Origin: an uncultured Nitrospiraceae bacterium
GTDB taxonomy: Bacteria > Nitrospirota > Nitrospiria > Nitrospirales > Nitrospiraceae
Assembly: GCA_963846575.1 (NCBI GenBank)
Contig: CAWJWJ010000002.1
Span: forward strand, 576,001 to 640,000
Length of the DNA: 64,000 nt
Reading direction: 5' to 3'
A model generated the notes under the pieces. That model had not been told where the DNA came from and did no database searches. It saw only the letters and a list, made by a program, of their open reading frames with translations. This document shows positions 32,607 through 40,853 of the stretch, piece after piece. The number at the start of each line of letters is the position of its first letter. Within the stretch, counting starts at the first letter, position 1. A program made the position numbers and the translations under genes.

Positions 32607-33296
32607 ATGCGTCACACACTTTCGTTGCTCCAGGGCCTCCGGTTCATTGATAGCTTCTTTCCCTCTGGGGGCTATGCCTACTCGTCGGGGCTGGAAGCGG
32701 CAGTGCAGGCCAAGGCGGTGCGTTCAGGCGACGATCTCTCGCTCTATGTCGAAGACGTGTTTCGGCGGGGCATCGCGCACCGTGAAGCCGTGGCCGTGGC
32801 CGTGGCCCATGACGCTTCCGCGCACATCGATCTCCAGCCGGCGCTGGCGATCGATCACGAACTGCATGCGATGAAGATCGGGCAGGAGTCGCGCCTGGCG
32901 AGTCAACAGATGGGCCGGCAGATCTCAAAGATTGCCGTCGAGCGGCTCGATGCGGGTGCCGTCGTGCAGGACTTTCATTCGGCCATAGAAGCAGAGCGCA
33001 CGCCAGGGCATTTCCCGGTTGCCCTGGCCTTGGCGCTGGCCGATGCGGGCTGGGGCAAGACAGAGACGATCGCGGCGTTCTGTTATCACACCGCCGTGGG
33101 ATATGTTTCAGCCGGGTTGAAACTGCTGCCGATCGGACAGCGGGAGGGGCAGCATTTGCTCGAGAGCTGGATGCCGTTGCTCGACGAATGCACAGGTTGT
33201 GCAGCCGAATCGAGCAAGATGAGCGGCTGGTCGCCGATTCAGGATATTTACGCCATGCGCCACCGCCGTTTAGCGTCGCGGCTTTTTCGTTCGTGA
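32607..33296 (+). CDS. ureF: Urease accessory protein UreF
   Basis: [20 protein letters not shown]-terminal H...SRLFRS. Confidence 0.93.
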   Translation: MRHTLSLLQGLRFIDSFFPSGGYAYSSGLEAAVQAKAVRSGDDLSLYVEDVFRRGIAHREAVAVAVAHDASAHIDLQPALAIDHELHAMKIGQESRLASQQMGRQISKIAVERLDAGAVVQDFHSAIEAERTPGHFPVALALALADAGWGKTETIAAFCYHTAVGYVSAGLKLLPIGQREGQHLLESWMPLLDECTGCAAESSKMSGWSPIQDIYAMRHRRLASRLFRS

Positions 33297-33309
33297 AGAT
33301 GGCCTGATC

Positions 33310-33981
33310 ATGCATCGTGAAGATGAATATCTTTCCGGGAGCGGTCGCCCGACCAGGGCGCGGGCCAAGGGCATTCCGATCGTCGGGATCGGGGGTCCGG
33401 TCGGATCGGGCAAAACGGCGCTGGTCGAGGCGCTCTGTCTGGGCCTGCGTGACCGCTACAGTCTGGCCGTCGTGACGAACGATATTTTCACAAAAGAAGA
33501 TGCGGAGTTTCTGACCAAGCGCGGTGCGCTTCCTCAGGACCGTATTCTCGGGGTAGAGACCGGCGGCTGTCCCCATACCGCGATTCGCGAAGATGCCTCT
33601 CACAATCAATCTGCGCTCGACGACCTGCTGAAGCGCCATCCCGATGTCGATTTGATGTTCGTCGAAAGCGGCGGAGACAATCTGGCCGCCACTTTCAGTC
33701 CTGAGTTGGTTGATCGCGTCATTTATGTGATTGACGTGGCTGCGGGCGATAAGATCCCCCGCAAGGGCGGGCCCGGGATCACCCGCTCGGATCTATTGGT
33801 GATCAATAAAATCGATCTGGCGCCGCATGTCGGCGCGGATCTCGCGGTGATGGATCGCGACAGCCGGCGGATGCGCGGCGATCTGCCGTTCGTCTTCACC
33901 AATCTGCATCGTGGCGAGGGCCTGGACCGGGTAATCGTGTGGATCGAACAGACCCTCCCGCTACGGGCCCATCGCCATTAG
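33310..33981 (+). CDS. ureG: Urease accessory GTPase UreG
   Basis: [31 protein letters not shown]. Confidence 0.97.
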   Translation: MHREDEYLSGSGRPTRARAKGIPIVGIGGPVGSGKTALVEALCLGLRDRYSLAVVTNDIFTKEDAEFLTKRGALPQDRILGVETGGCPHTAIREDASHNQSALDDLLKRHPDVDLMFVESGGDNLAATFSPELVDRVIYVIDVAAGDKIPRKGGPGITRSDLLVINKIDLAPHVGADLAVMDRDSRRMRGDLPFVFTNLHRGEGLDRVIVWIEQTLPLRAHRH

Positions 33982-34104
33982 GGGGCGTTAGTACTGTCTC
34001 CTGGCCTGCGTCTCGCCTTGTCCGGGGCCCGATGTCGTCACTGACGGCGCGCGTCGCGTTTTCGTTCGCTGTAGCCGGGCCGGATAGACTCTGTGAACAT
34101 CCTG
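33981..34104 (-). repeat. Degenerate third copy of the interspersed repeat
   Basis: Same length and layout; reverse complement starts CAGGATGTTCA and ends TAACGCCCCC (terminal inverted repeat); divergent. Confidence 0.4.
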
Positions 34105-34153
34105 TCTGAGGGAGCCAGCATCAGTGCCGATAGTATCGGTTCACCAGTCGGCC

Positions 34154-34987
34154 ATGGCGGAAGTCGGGCGAGTCGGCCGTCTGGACCTGCACTATCAGCG
34201 GCAGGGACCACGGACGATTCTTGCGGGGTCGCGCTGCTCTACGCCCTGGCATCTCTTCCCGCCGATGTATCTGGATACGTCCGGTTGTGCCTTCACCTCC
34301 CTCGTCAATCCATCGGGCGGCTACGTGGCAGGCGATCGACTGTCGATGCATGCGTCGCTGGATTGCGGTGCCCATGTCGTGCTCTCAACACCATCGGCCA
34401 CTCGCGTCTACCGCTCTTTGGGTGAAGAGGCCAGGCAGACCGTGACTCTCTCCGTGGCATCAGGCGCAATCCTGGAATGGTTCCCGGACGTGACGATTCC
34501 GTTCGCCGGCTCGCGCTTCCTGCAGACGATGGAGGTGCAACTCGCGAAAGGGGCGACGGCCTTAATCTGGGATAGTTTTGCTTCCGGTCGAGTGGCAAGA
34601 CACGAGCGCTGGGCATTCACATCGCTCCGGAACGAGATTCACATGACGACCGCCTCGGGTGCCCAATTGGTCGACCGGTATGCCGTGAGACCCGAACGGG
34701 GGCAGGCTGGTCTCGTGTCCGCGTACGACTATGTCGCGAGCTTCCTTGTGGTCAGTGACGGTATCGGTTCGGGGAGATGGCCGGCGTTGCGCGAGCTCAT
34801 GGGGGGTATCATCGATTCGATGGGGGATGAATTGCTCGGCGGGGTCACGGAACCACCTGTTCCCGGAGTGGCCGTAAAACTGGTCGCACGCTCCGCCCAC
34901 AGCCTGGTCGCGGCTCAGGAGGCGTTGTGGCAGGCCGCCCGCATGTGGCTATTCGATTTGGAGCGGCCAGACCTCCGTCGCAATTAA
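34154..34987 (+). CDS. ureD: Urease accessory protein UreD
   Basis: NPSGGYVAGD, STPSATRVYR, LEWFPD.TIPF, GRVARHE motifs. Confidence 0.92.
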   Translation: MAEVGRVGRLDLHYQRQGPRTILAGSRCSTPWHLFPPMYLDTSGCAFTSLVNPSGGYVAGDRLSMHASLDCGAHVVLSTPSATRVYRSLGEEARQTVTLSVASGAILEWFPDVTIPFAGSRFLQTMEVQLAKGATALIWDSFASGRVARHERWAFTSLRNEIHMTTASGAQLVDRYAVRPERGQAGLVSAYDYVASFLVVSDGIGSGRWPALRELMGGIIDSMGDELLGGVTEPPVPGVAVKLVARSAHSLVAAQEALWQAARMWLFDLERPDLRRN

Positions 34988-34994
34988 GATTGCA

Positions 34995-35906
34995 CTAGGG
35001 CTGGATCGAAGGCCTCCGCGGAGCCGGTTTTGGTTTTGCCTTGGGTACGACGGATTCTATTTCCGTAAGTTGGCGCCGGAGCCTGTCTCGTTCTTCCTTC
35101 AGCTGCTGGAGTTCTTCGGCCTGTTTCACCACCAGATCTTTCGTGGTTTGTAACTCCTGCTGGAGTCGCTTCTGCTCGGTGGTCGGAGCTCCCGCGGGCG
35201 GTTCGGCGGCTGTTTGAGGCTTATCGGCCGGGGCGGGGGTGTCTGCTGACGTTTGGCCGAGCGCATTGATATCGATGGCAACGCGGGGCTGTTCGGGTTC
35301 GATATTCATCCACGACTGTGGTGTATGGGTGCGCAGGAGCGCCTCGGCCGGGCTGAAGGCGAGCGTGAGCGAGGGTGGAAAGGCTTCGGCTTGAGTGGTG
35401 GCAGAACGGTAGCGTGAAAGGCTGAGCACGAGTGTCGTTTCATGCAGATAGAGCGCGCCCTGCGTCAGGAGACCGTCGTCCTGTACTGCAAACCGGATTC
35501 GCTGATCCGGCTGAGCCTGCGCAAAGGCGCGGACAATGAGTGGCGACAAAAACTCCACTTCCTCGGGAGACAGGAGAGGATAGGTCGATGGCACCGGGGT
35601 CCGTCCCGGGCGGTCGACTCCTGAGACCGACAGGCCGTTCAGTACGCGTGATACCACCGTCGCCGACAAGATGGCCGGGTGGGACGCCTGAAACGCATTC
35701 AGCGGACTGCTATATCTGGCGGTGCTCCCTCGACTGACCAGGCGTTCCAACGCCACCGTCCCTAATGGACCTTCTCCAACGGGAGTAAGGCTCGACATGC
35801 CGGTGCAGGCACTCAGGAGCAAGCAGAAGAGGATAAACGGCCAGGCCTTGAAGCGGCGCAGAGACGGAGAGTGAGTTCGGAACAGGCATCGGATCGAGGG
35901 GCGCAT
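34995..35906 (-). CDS. Putative lipoprotein with C-terminal coiled coil (paralog of 20864-21826)
   Basis: Lipobox LSAC; FQASHP and EVEFLSPLIV...QAQPDQRIRF motifs. Confidence 0.7.
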   Translation of the reverse strand: MRPSIRCLFRTHSPSLRRFKAWPFILFCLLLSACTGMSSLTPVGEGPLGTVALERLVSRGSTARYSSPLNAFQASHPAILSATVVSRVLNGLSVSGVDRPGRTPVPSTYPLLSPEEVEFLSPLIVRAFAQAQPDQRIRFAVQDDGLLTQGALYLHETTLVLSLSRYRSATTQAEAFPPSLTLAFSPAEALLRTHTPQSWMNIEPEQPRVAIDINALGQTSADTPAPADKPQTAAEPPAGAPTTEQKRLQQELQTTKDLVVKQAEELQQLKEERDRLRRQLTEIESVVPKAKPKPAPRRPSIQP

Positions 35907-35976
35907 GGCGCGGGATTGTACCATAGGTAGTCCACCGAACCGCATGGGTTTCCTCGGAAAACCTCCGATGGGGCGA

Positions 35977-36006
35977 TTGACAGCCGATTCGGCCTGGTGC
36001 TATATC
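35977..36006 (+). promoter_or_regulatory. Probable sigma70 promoter of the nadE-amtB-gln operon
   Basis: TTGACA-N18-TATATC with TG extended -10. Confidence 0.45.
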
Positions 36007-36021
36007 ATCGCCACGCTTTCT

Positions 36022-36116
36022 GGGGACAATGGAGTCTCCGACGGGTACGCGGTCAAACATGGCGCAGGACAACGACGTCCTCTGATCCACCCTGTGGGTC
36101 CGAGGACGTTTTTTTT
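36022..36116 (+). promoter_or_regulatory. ANTAR dual-hexaloop leader with overlapping terminator (nadE)
   Basis: GGGGAC-AATGGA-GTCTCC and AGGAC-AACGAC-GTCCT; terminator stem 36075-36109 followed by T8. Confidence 0.8.
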
Positions 36117-36265
36117 ATCAACATGGCAAAATCGGTCCTCAGTCTCGCCCCCGGTTGCCCATCCACCCCGAGGTACGACCCACAGTACGCCCCGGTGTCC
36201 GGGCTCCTTTCGGACTTGTTGAAGGACCAATCGGCCCGCGTTGCTACAAGCCGAGAGATTCGCTG

Positions 36266-38035
36266 ATGCCACCCTTACGAATCGCCATGGTGCAGATGAA
36301 TCCCACGGTGGGCGACCTGTCGGGCAATGTCCGCCGTATCGTGGCCTGGATCCGTGAGGCTCGGCGCGCTCAGGCTCACGTCGTCGCATTTCCCGAACTC
36401 GCCATCACCGGCTACCCGCCAGAAGACCTGCTGTTTAAAACTCGCTTCATCACTGATACCCAGCTGGCATTAAAGGCCGTGGCGGCCGAAGCCCGCGGCC
36501 TCGTTGTCGTGGTGGGTTATGTCGGCCAAGGCGCCTCAACGGTCTCCTTGCCGGCTAGGCCATCATCCCCATCGGCCGATCGACATGATCTGTACAATGC
36601 GGCGGCTTTGCTGTTTGATCGCCGGATCGTGGCCAGTTATTGCAAGCGAGAGTTACCTAATTACGGTGTATTCGACGAAAGCCGGTATTTTCAGCCCGGC
36701 TCTCGCCTTCCTCTGCTGCAGGTGAACGGTACGACGGTCGGGGTGAATATATGCGAAGACATCTGGTCTCCCGACGGACCGACCGGAGCCCAGGCCGCGG
36801 CGGGCGCCGAGGTGATCGTGAATATCAATGCCTCTCCCTTTCATGTGGGCAAGAGTCGGACGAGAGAGCAGATGCTGGCTACGCGGGCTCGGGACAACCA
36901 GGTGCTCGTCACCTATACGAACACCGTCGGCGGGCAGGATGAACTGGTGTTCGACGGCTGCAGCGTGATCGTCGACCAGACCGGCGAGGTTGTTGCGCGG
37001 GGCAAGGCATTTGAGGAAGATTTTCTGGTGGCGGATCTCAATGGCGCGGCAGTCTCTCGGGGACGTCTGGCGCAGGGCCGGAAGAAGCCCCTGCCACCGC
37101 GCGTGGCGGCACTAATCGACCGGATTGAGGTCCGACTGCCGGTGAGGAAGTCGCGGCCGATCGTCGTACCGGCCCTGGAGCCTCCGCTGGAGTGCCTGGA
37201 TGAGGCCTATCGGGCGCTGGTTCTTGGAGTGCAGGATTATGTCCGGAAGAATGGCTTCAAACGTGTCGTGATCGGATTAAGCGGCGGTGTGGACTCGGCC
37301 CTGACCGCTGTCATCGCCGTGGACGCGCTTGGGCCTGAGAACGTGCTCGGCGTGTTCATGCCCTCACCCTATACCTCCCGTGCCAGTCGCGAAGACGTCG
37401 CCGATCTCGGCCGCCGCCTCCGTATACAGGTCGACACACTCTCCATCACGGCCACCTTTAACGGCTATTTGCGCGCTCTCGCCAGGACCTTCGAGGGCCA
37501 TCGGCCTGACACGACGGAGGAAAACATTCAGGCCCGTATCAGGGGCAATCTCCTGATGGCCTATTCGAACAAATTCGGCCACCTGGTGCTGACCACCGGC
37601 AACAAGAGCGAGATGAGCGTCGGCTACGCGACGCTTTACGGAGATATGGCGGGAGGATTCGCGGTCATCAAGGATGTTCCGAAGACGATGGTGTATGAAT
37701 TGTCGCATCTGCGGAATTTGATCGGTCCGGCGCCGGTCATCCCTAAACGCATTCTGGAGCGCCCGCCGACCGCGGAACTCCGCCCCGATCAAAAGGACGA
37801 GGACAGTCTCCCGCCCTATGTCGTGCTGGATCCCATTCTGAAGGCCTATGTCGAAGAAGACCGTGCGCTCGAAGACATTGTGGCCATGGGATTCGAGCGT
37901 GAGACGGTGGCGCGCGTGATCGCCATGGTGGATCGGAGCGAATATAAACGGCGGCAGGCCCCGCTGGGGATCAAGATCACACATCGGGCATTCGGCAAAG
38001 ATCGGCGCATGCCGATTACAAACGGGTATCGATAG
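36266..38035 (+). CDS. nadE: Glutamine-dependent NAD+ synthetase
   Basis: Nitrilase domain (FPEL...GYPPEDL, LPNYGVFDE, ICEDIW) plus synthetase domain (GLSGGVDS, ENIQARIRG, TGNKSE). Confidence 0.96.
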   Translation: MPPLRIAMVQMNPTVGDLSGNVRRIVAWIREARRAQAHVVAFPELAITGYPPEDLLFKTRFITDTQLALKAVAAEARGLVVVVGYVGQGASTVSLPARPSSPSADRHDLYNAAALLFDRRIVASYCKRELPNYGVFDESRYFQPGSRLPLLQVNGTTVGVNICEDIWSPDGPTGAQAAAGAEVIVNINASPFHVGKSRTREQMLATRARDNQVLVTYTNTVGGQDELVFDGCSVIVDQTGEVVARGKAFEEDFLVADLNGAAVSRGRLAQGRKKPLPPRVAALIDRIEVRLPVRKSRPIVVPALEPPLECLDEAYRALVLGVQDYVRKNGFKRVVIGLSGGVDSALTAVIAVDALGPENVLGVFMPSPYTSRASREDVADLGRRLRIQVDTLSITATFNGYLRALARTFEGHRPDTTEENIQARIRGNLLMAYSNKFGHLVLTTGNKSEMSVGYATLYGDMAGGFAVIKDVPKTMVYELSHLRNLIGPAPVIPKRILERPPTAELRPDQKDEDSLPPYVVLDPILKAYVEEDRALEDIVAMGFERETVARVIAMVDRSEYKRRQAPLGIKITHRAFGKDRRMPITNGYR

Positions 38036-38052
38036 CATACGTCCCGTATGAC

Positions 38053-38158
38053 GACCGACAATGACGTCGGTCAGCGAGGCTGGCAATGGCGCCAGAGGAT
38101 AACAGATCGTGGCCTCACCTTGAGGCTGACGGAACAATCTTTCTTATTCTTTGGGAGG
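38053..38158 (+). promoter_or_regulatory. ANTAR dual-hexaloop element upstream of porin-amtB
   Basis: GACCGAC-AATGAC-GTCGGTC, 7-nt linker, CTGGC-AATGGC-GCCAG; alternative helix 38092-38102/38144-38154 reaches the SD. Confidence 0.8.
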
Positions 38159-38162
38159 TGCC

Positions 38163-39059
38163 ATGCAAGCGCTCGGAAGAGGATTTGTGCGGAGGTGGGT
38201 CCGGGGAATCGTGGTAGCGGCAACGCTGTTGGCGGGCTCGAACGGTCAGGCGCAGGATGTCGAGGGAGTGGCACCTCAGGTGCTCGACAGCTCGATGGAC
38301 ACGACCAAGCATCCGGTGGCCGTCACCATGGCGATGCAAGCTGATAGTTTTTTCGGGTTTAATCCATCGATTTATGGGACGTATGGTTTGACGGATAACA
38401 TCGCGCTCGCGTTTAACTTTACCTATTGGACGATGATCAGTGGAGTGGGAGTCCACGACAACGCGCCATGGCTGGAAACGGACATGGGGCTCAACTTCAC
38501 CTTCCTCCAAAAGCGGTTGTCCGTGACACCCATGTTCGGGTTCGTTCATGGCAGCCTGCTCTCCTCTCGCGGAGGATTCTTTCCCAATGGCGGTGGAAGT
38601 GTGAACGAACGTACGACGGCATTCGAAGGTGTTGTCCCGAATCTCACCATGAACTACCTGGACAGTCGCCTAGAAGGGGAATTCTATCTGGGCTACTACA
38701 AAGCGATCCGGAGCGAAGGCGGCAGCGGCGGCGGAGGCGCGATCAATTGCAGCAATCCCGGAGGTGCCAATTGCTTGGGGCCGGCTCTGGGTGGGGGTCG
38801 CGGCACCTGGGACTTCCTCCATTATTGGGTAAGCGCGGGTGTTCGTTTGAACAGCATGTGGTCGATGGGGGCTCATTATGAGCATTTGCTGACAACACGT
38901 GACAGCAGTGCTCCGGGGGCGGCTCAGGACTACTATCGCTGGATCGGGCCCTATGTCGAAATGAAACTGCCTGGCAGCATGGCGTTTCGATTTACGGCCG
39001 GAAAAGACCTGACCGACAATCAGGATTTCTACAAACTGAAGTTTACGAAGACCTTTTGA
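38163..39059 (+). CDS. Putative outer-membrane beta-barrel protein upstream of amtB
   Basis: Signal peptide, amphipathic aromatic-rich strands, C-terminal YKLKFTKTF; SD GGGAGG. Confidence 0.65.
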   Translation: MQALGRGFVRRWVRGIVVAATLLAGSNGQAQDVEGVAPQVLDSSMDTTKHPVAVTMAMQADSFFGFNPSIYGTYGLTDNIALAFNFTYWTMISGVGVHDNAPWLETDMGLNFTFLQKRLSVTPMFGFVHGSLLSSRGGFFPNGGGSVNERTTAFEGVVPNLTMNYLDSRLEGEFYLGYYKAIRSEGGSGGGGAINCSNPGGANCLGPALGGGRGTWDFLHYWVSAGVRLNSMWSMGAHYEHLLTTRDSSAPGAAQDYYRWIGPYVEMKLPGSMAFRFTAGKDLTDNQDFYKLKFTKTF

Positions 39060-39141
39060 GTTCGGCCAGCCGCGTGAGGCCAGGGCGAGGAAAGGCGGCA
39101 CCTTTCCGGCCCCGGCTTCCCGATGCGAAGGAGGCGCGATC

Positions 39142-40467
39142 GTGACCATTTTGAAACGTTCCGGCATCCTCCTCTGTACGGGGTTAGGACTGCTCATGGC
39201 GTTGGTGATAGGAATTTCCGATGCCGGGGCGCAGAGCGCGGCGTTGACAACCGATAGCGGCGATACGGCCTGGGTGTTGGTGTCGTCAGCATTTGTGCTC
39301 GCGATGCTGATGCCCGGCCTCGCCCTGTTTTACGGCGGCCTGGTGCGAAGTAAAAACGTGCTCGCGACGATCATGCAGAGCGTGATGATCCTAAGCGTGG
39401 TAAGCGTACTGTGGGTTCTCTTCGGATACAGCCTGGCTTTCGGGCCGGATAAGGGCGGGGTGATCGGCGGCTTGGACTGGGTCGGGCTCAGCGGAGTCGG
39501 TGCCGAGCCTCATCCCACTTATGGGCCGACGATTCCTCATCAGGCGTTCGTCCTGTTTCAATTGATGTTCGCCGCGATCGCACCGGCCCTCATCACCGGG
39601 GCCTTTGCGGAGCGGAAGCGCTTTACCTCGGTGGTGCTGTTTGCGGCAATCTGGTCGGTCGTGGTCTATGTCCCGCTCGCACACTGGATCTGGGGGGGCG
39701 GATGGCTGGCCAAGCTTGGTGCGTTGGATTTTGCCGGCGGGGCCGTGATCCACATCAGCTCCGGCGCGTCGGCTCTGGTTTGTGCCGTCATATTGGGCAG
39801 GCGGCGAGGATATGGGACGGATTACATGGCTCCTCACAACCTACCGATGACGCTGCTTGGAACCGGATTCCTGTGGTTCGGGTGGTTCGGGTTCAATGGC
39901 GGCAGCGCGCTGGGTGCGAATGGGCTTGCCGTCTCGGCCATCCTCGCGACCCATACGGCCGCGGCGATGGGAGCCATGGCCTGGTGCGGGGTCGAGTGGG
40001 CACATCGCGGCAAACCGACCGTGCTCGGGGTGGCCAGCGGCGCAGTGGCGGGGTTAGCCACAGTGACGCCTGCAGCAGGCTATATCAGTCCGCTGTTCGC
40101 TCTGGCGATCGGAGCCGTGGCTGGAATGGCCTGCTACGCGGCGATTGTCTGGAAGGGGCGATTCGGCTATGATGACTCGCTTGACGTCGTCGGGATCCAC
40201 GGTGTCGGAGGGGTGATCGGGATTCTCGCCACCGGAATCTGCGCTAGTAAAATCATCAACCCGGCCGGTGCCGATGGGCTCTTGTATGGCAATCCCGGCC
40301 TCCTCGGCGTCCAGCTTCTCGTAGTGGTCGTGACGGCGATTTTCTCCATGGCCGGCACATTCGTCATTCTCAAACTGGTCGATTCGATGACGGGTCTGCG
40401 AGTGTCTTCTGAAGAGGAAGCGACCGGATTGGACTTAAGTCAACACAACGAACGAGCCTATTCGTGA
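39142..40467 (+). CDS. amtB: Ammonium transporter (Amt type)
   Basis: PGLALFYGG, DFAGGAVIH, WFGWFGFNGGS, DDSLDVVGIHG (twin His). Confidence 0.97.
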   Translation: MTILKRSGILLCTGLGLLMALVIGISDAGAQSAALTTDSGDTAWVLVSSAFVLAMLMPGLALFYGGLVRSKNVLATIMQSVMILSVVSVLWVLFGYSLAFGPDKGGVIGGLDWVGLSGVGAEPHPTYGPTIPHQAFVLFQLMFAAIAPALITGAFAERKRFTSVVLFAAIWSVVVYVPLAHWIWGGGWLAKLGALDFAGGAVIHISSGASALVCAVILGRRRGYGTDYMAPHNLPMTLLGTGFLWFGWFGFNGGSALGANGLAVSAILATHTAAAMGAMAWCGVEWAHRGKPTVLGVASGAVAGLATVTPAAGYISPLFALAIGAVAGMACYAAIVWKGRFGYDDSLDVVGIHGVGGVIGILATGICASKIINPAGADGLLYGNPGLLGVQLLVVVVTAIFSMAGTFVILKLVDSMTGLRVSSEEEATGLDLSQHNERAYS

Positions 40468-40503
40468 ATGACGCCATCGGCCGAGCGCGGTCGGCGATTC
40501 TAG

Positions 40504-40851
<348 letters not shown>

Positions 40852-40853
40852 GT

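Noticed and set aside
40465..40480. AATGAC between amtB and glnB as another ANTAR loop
   Set aside because: No closing C-G stem and no partner hairpin.
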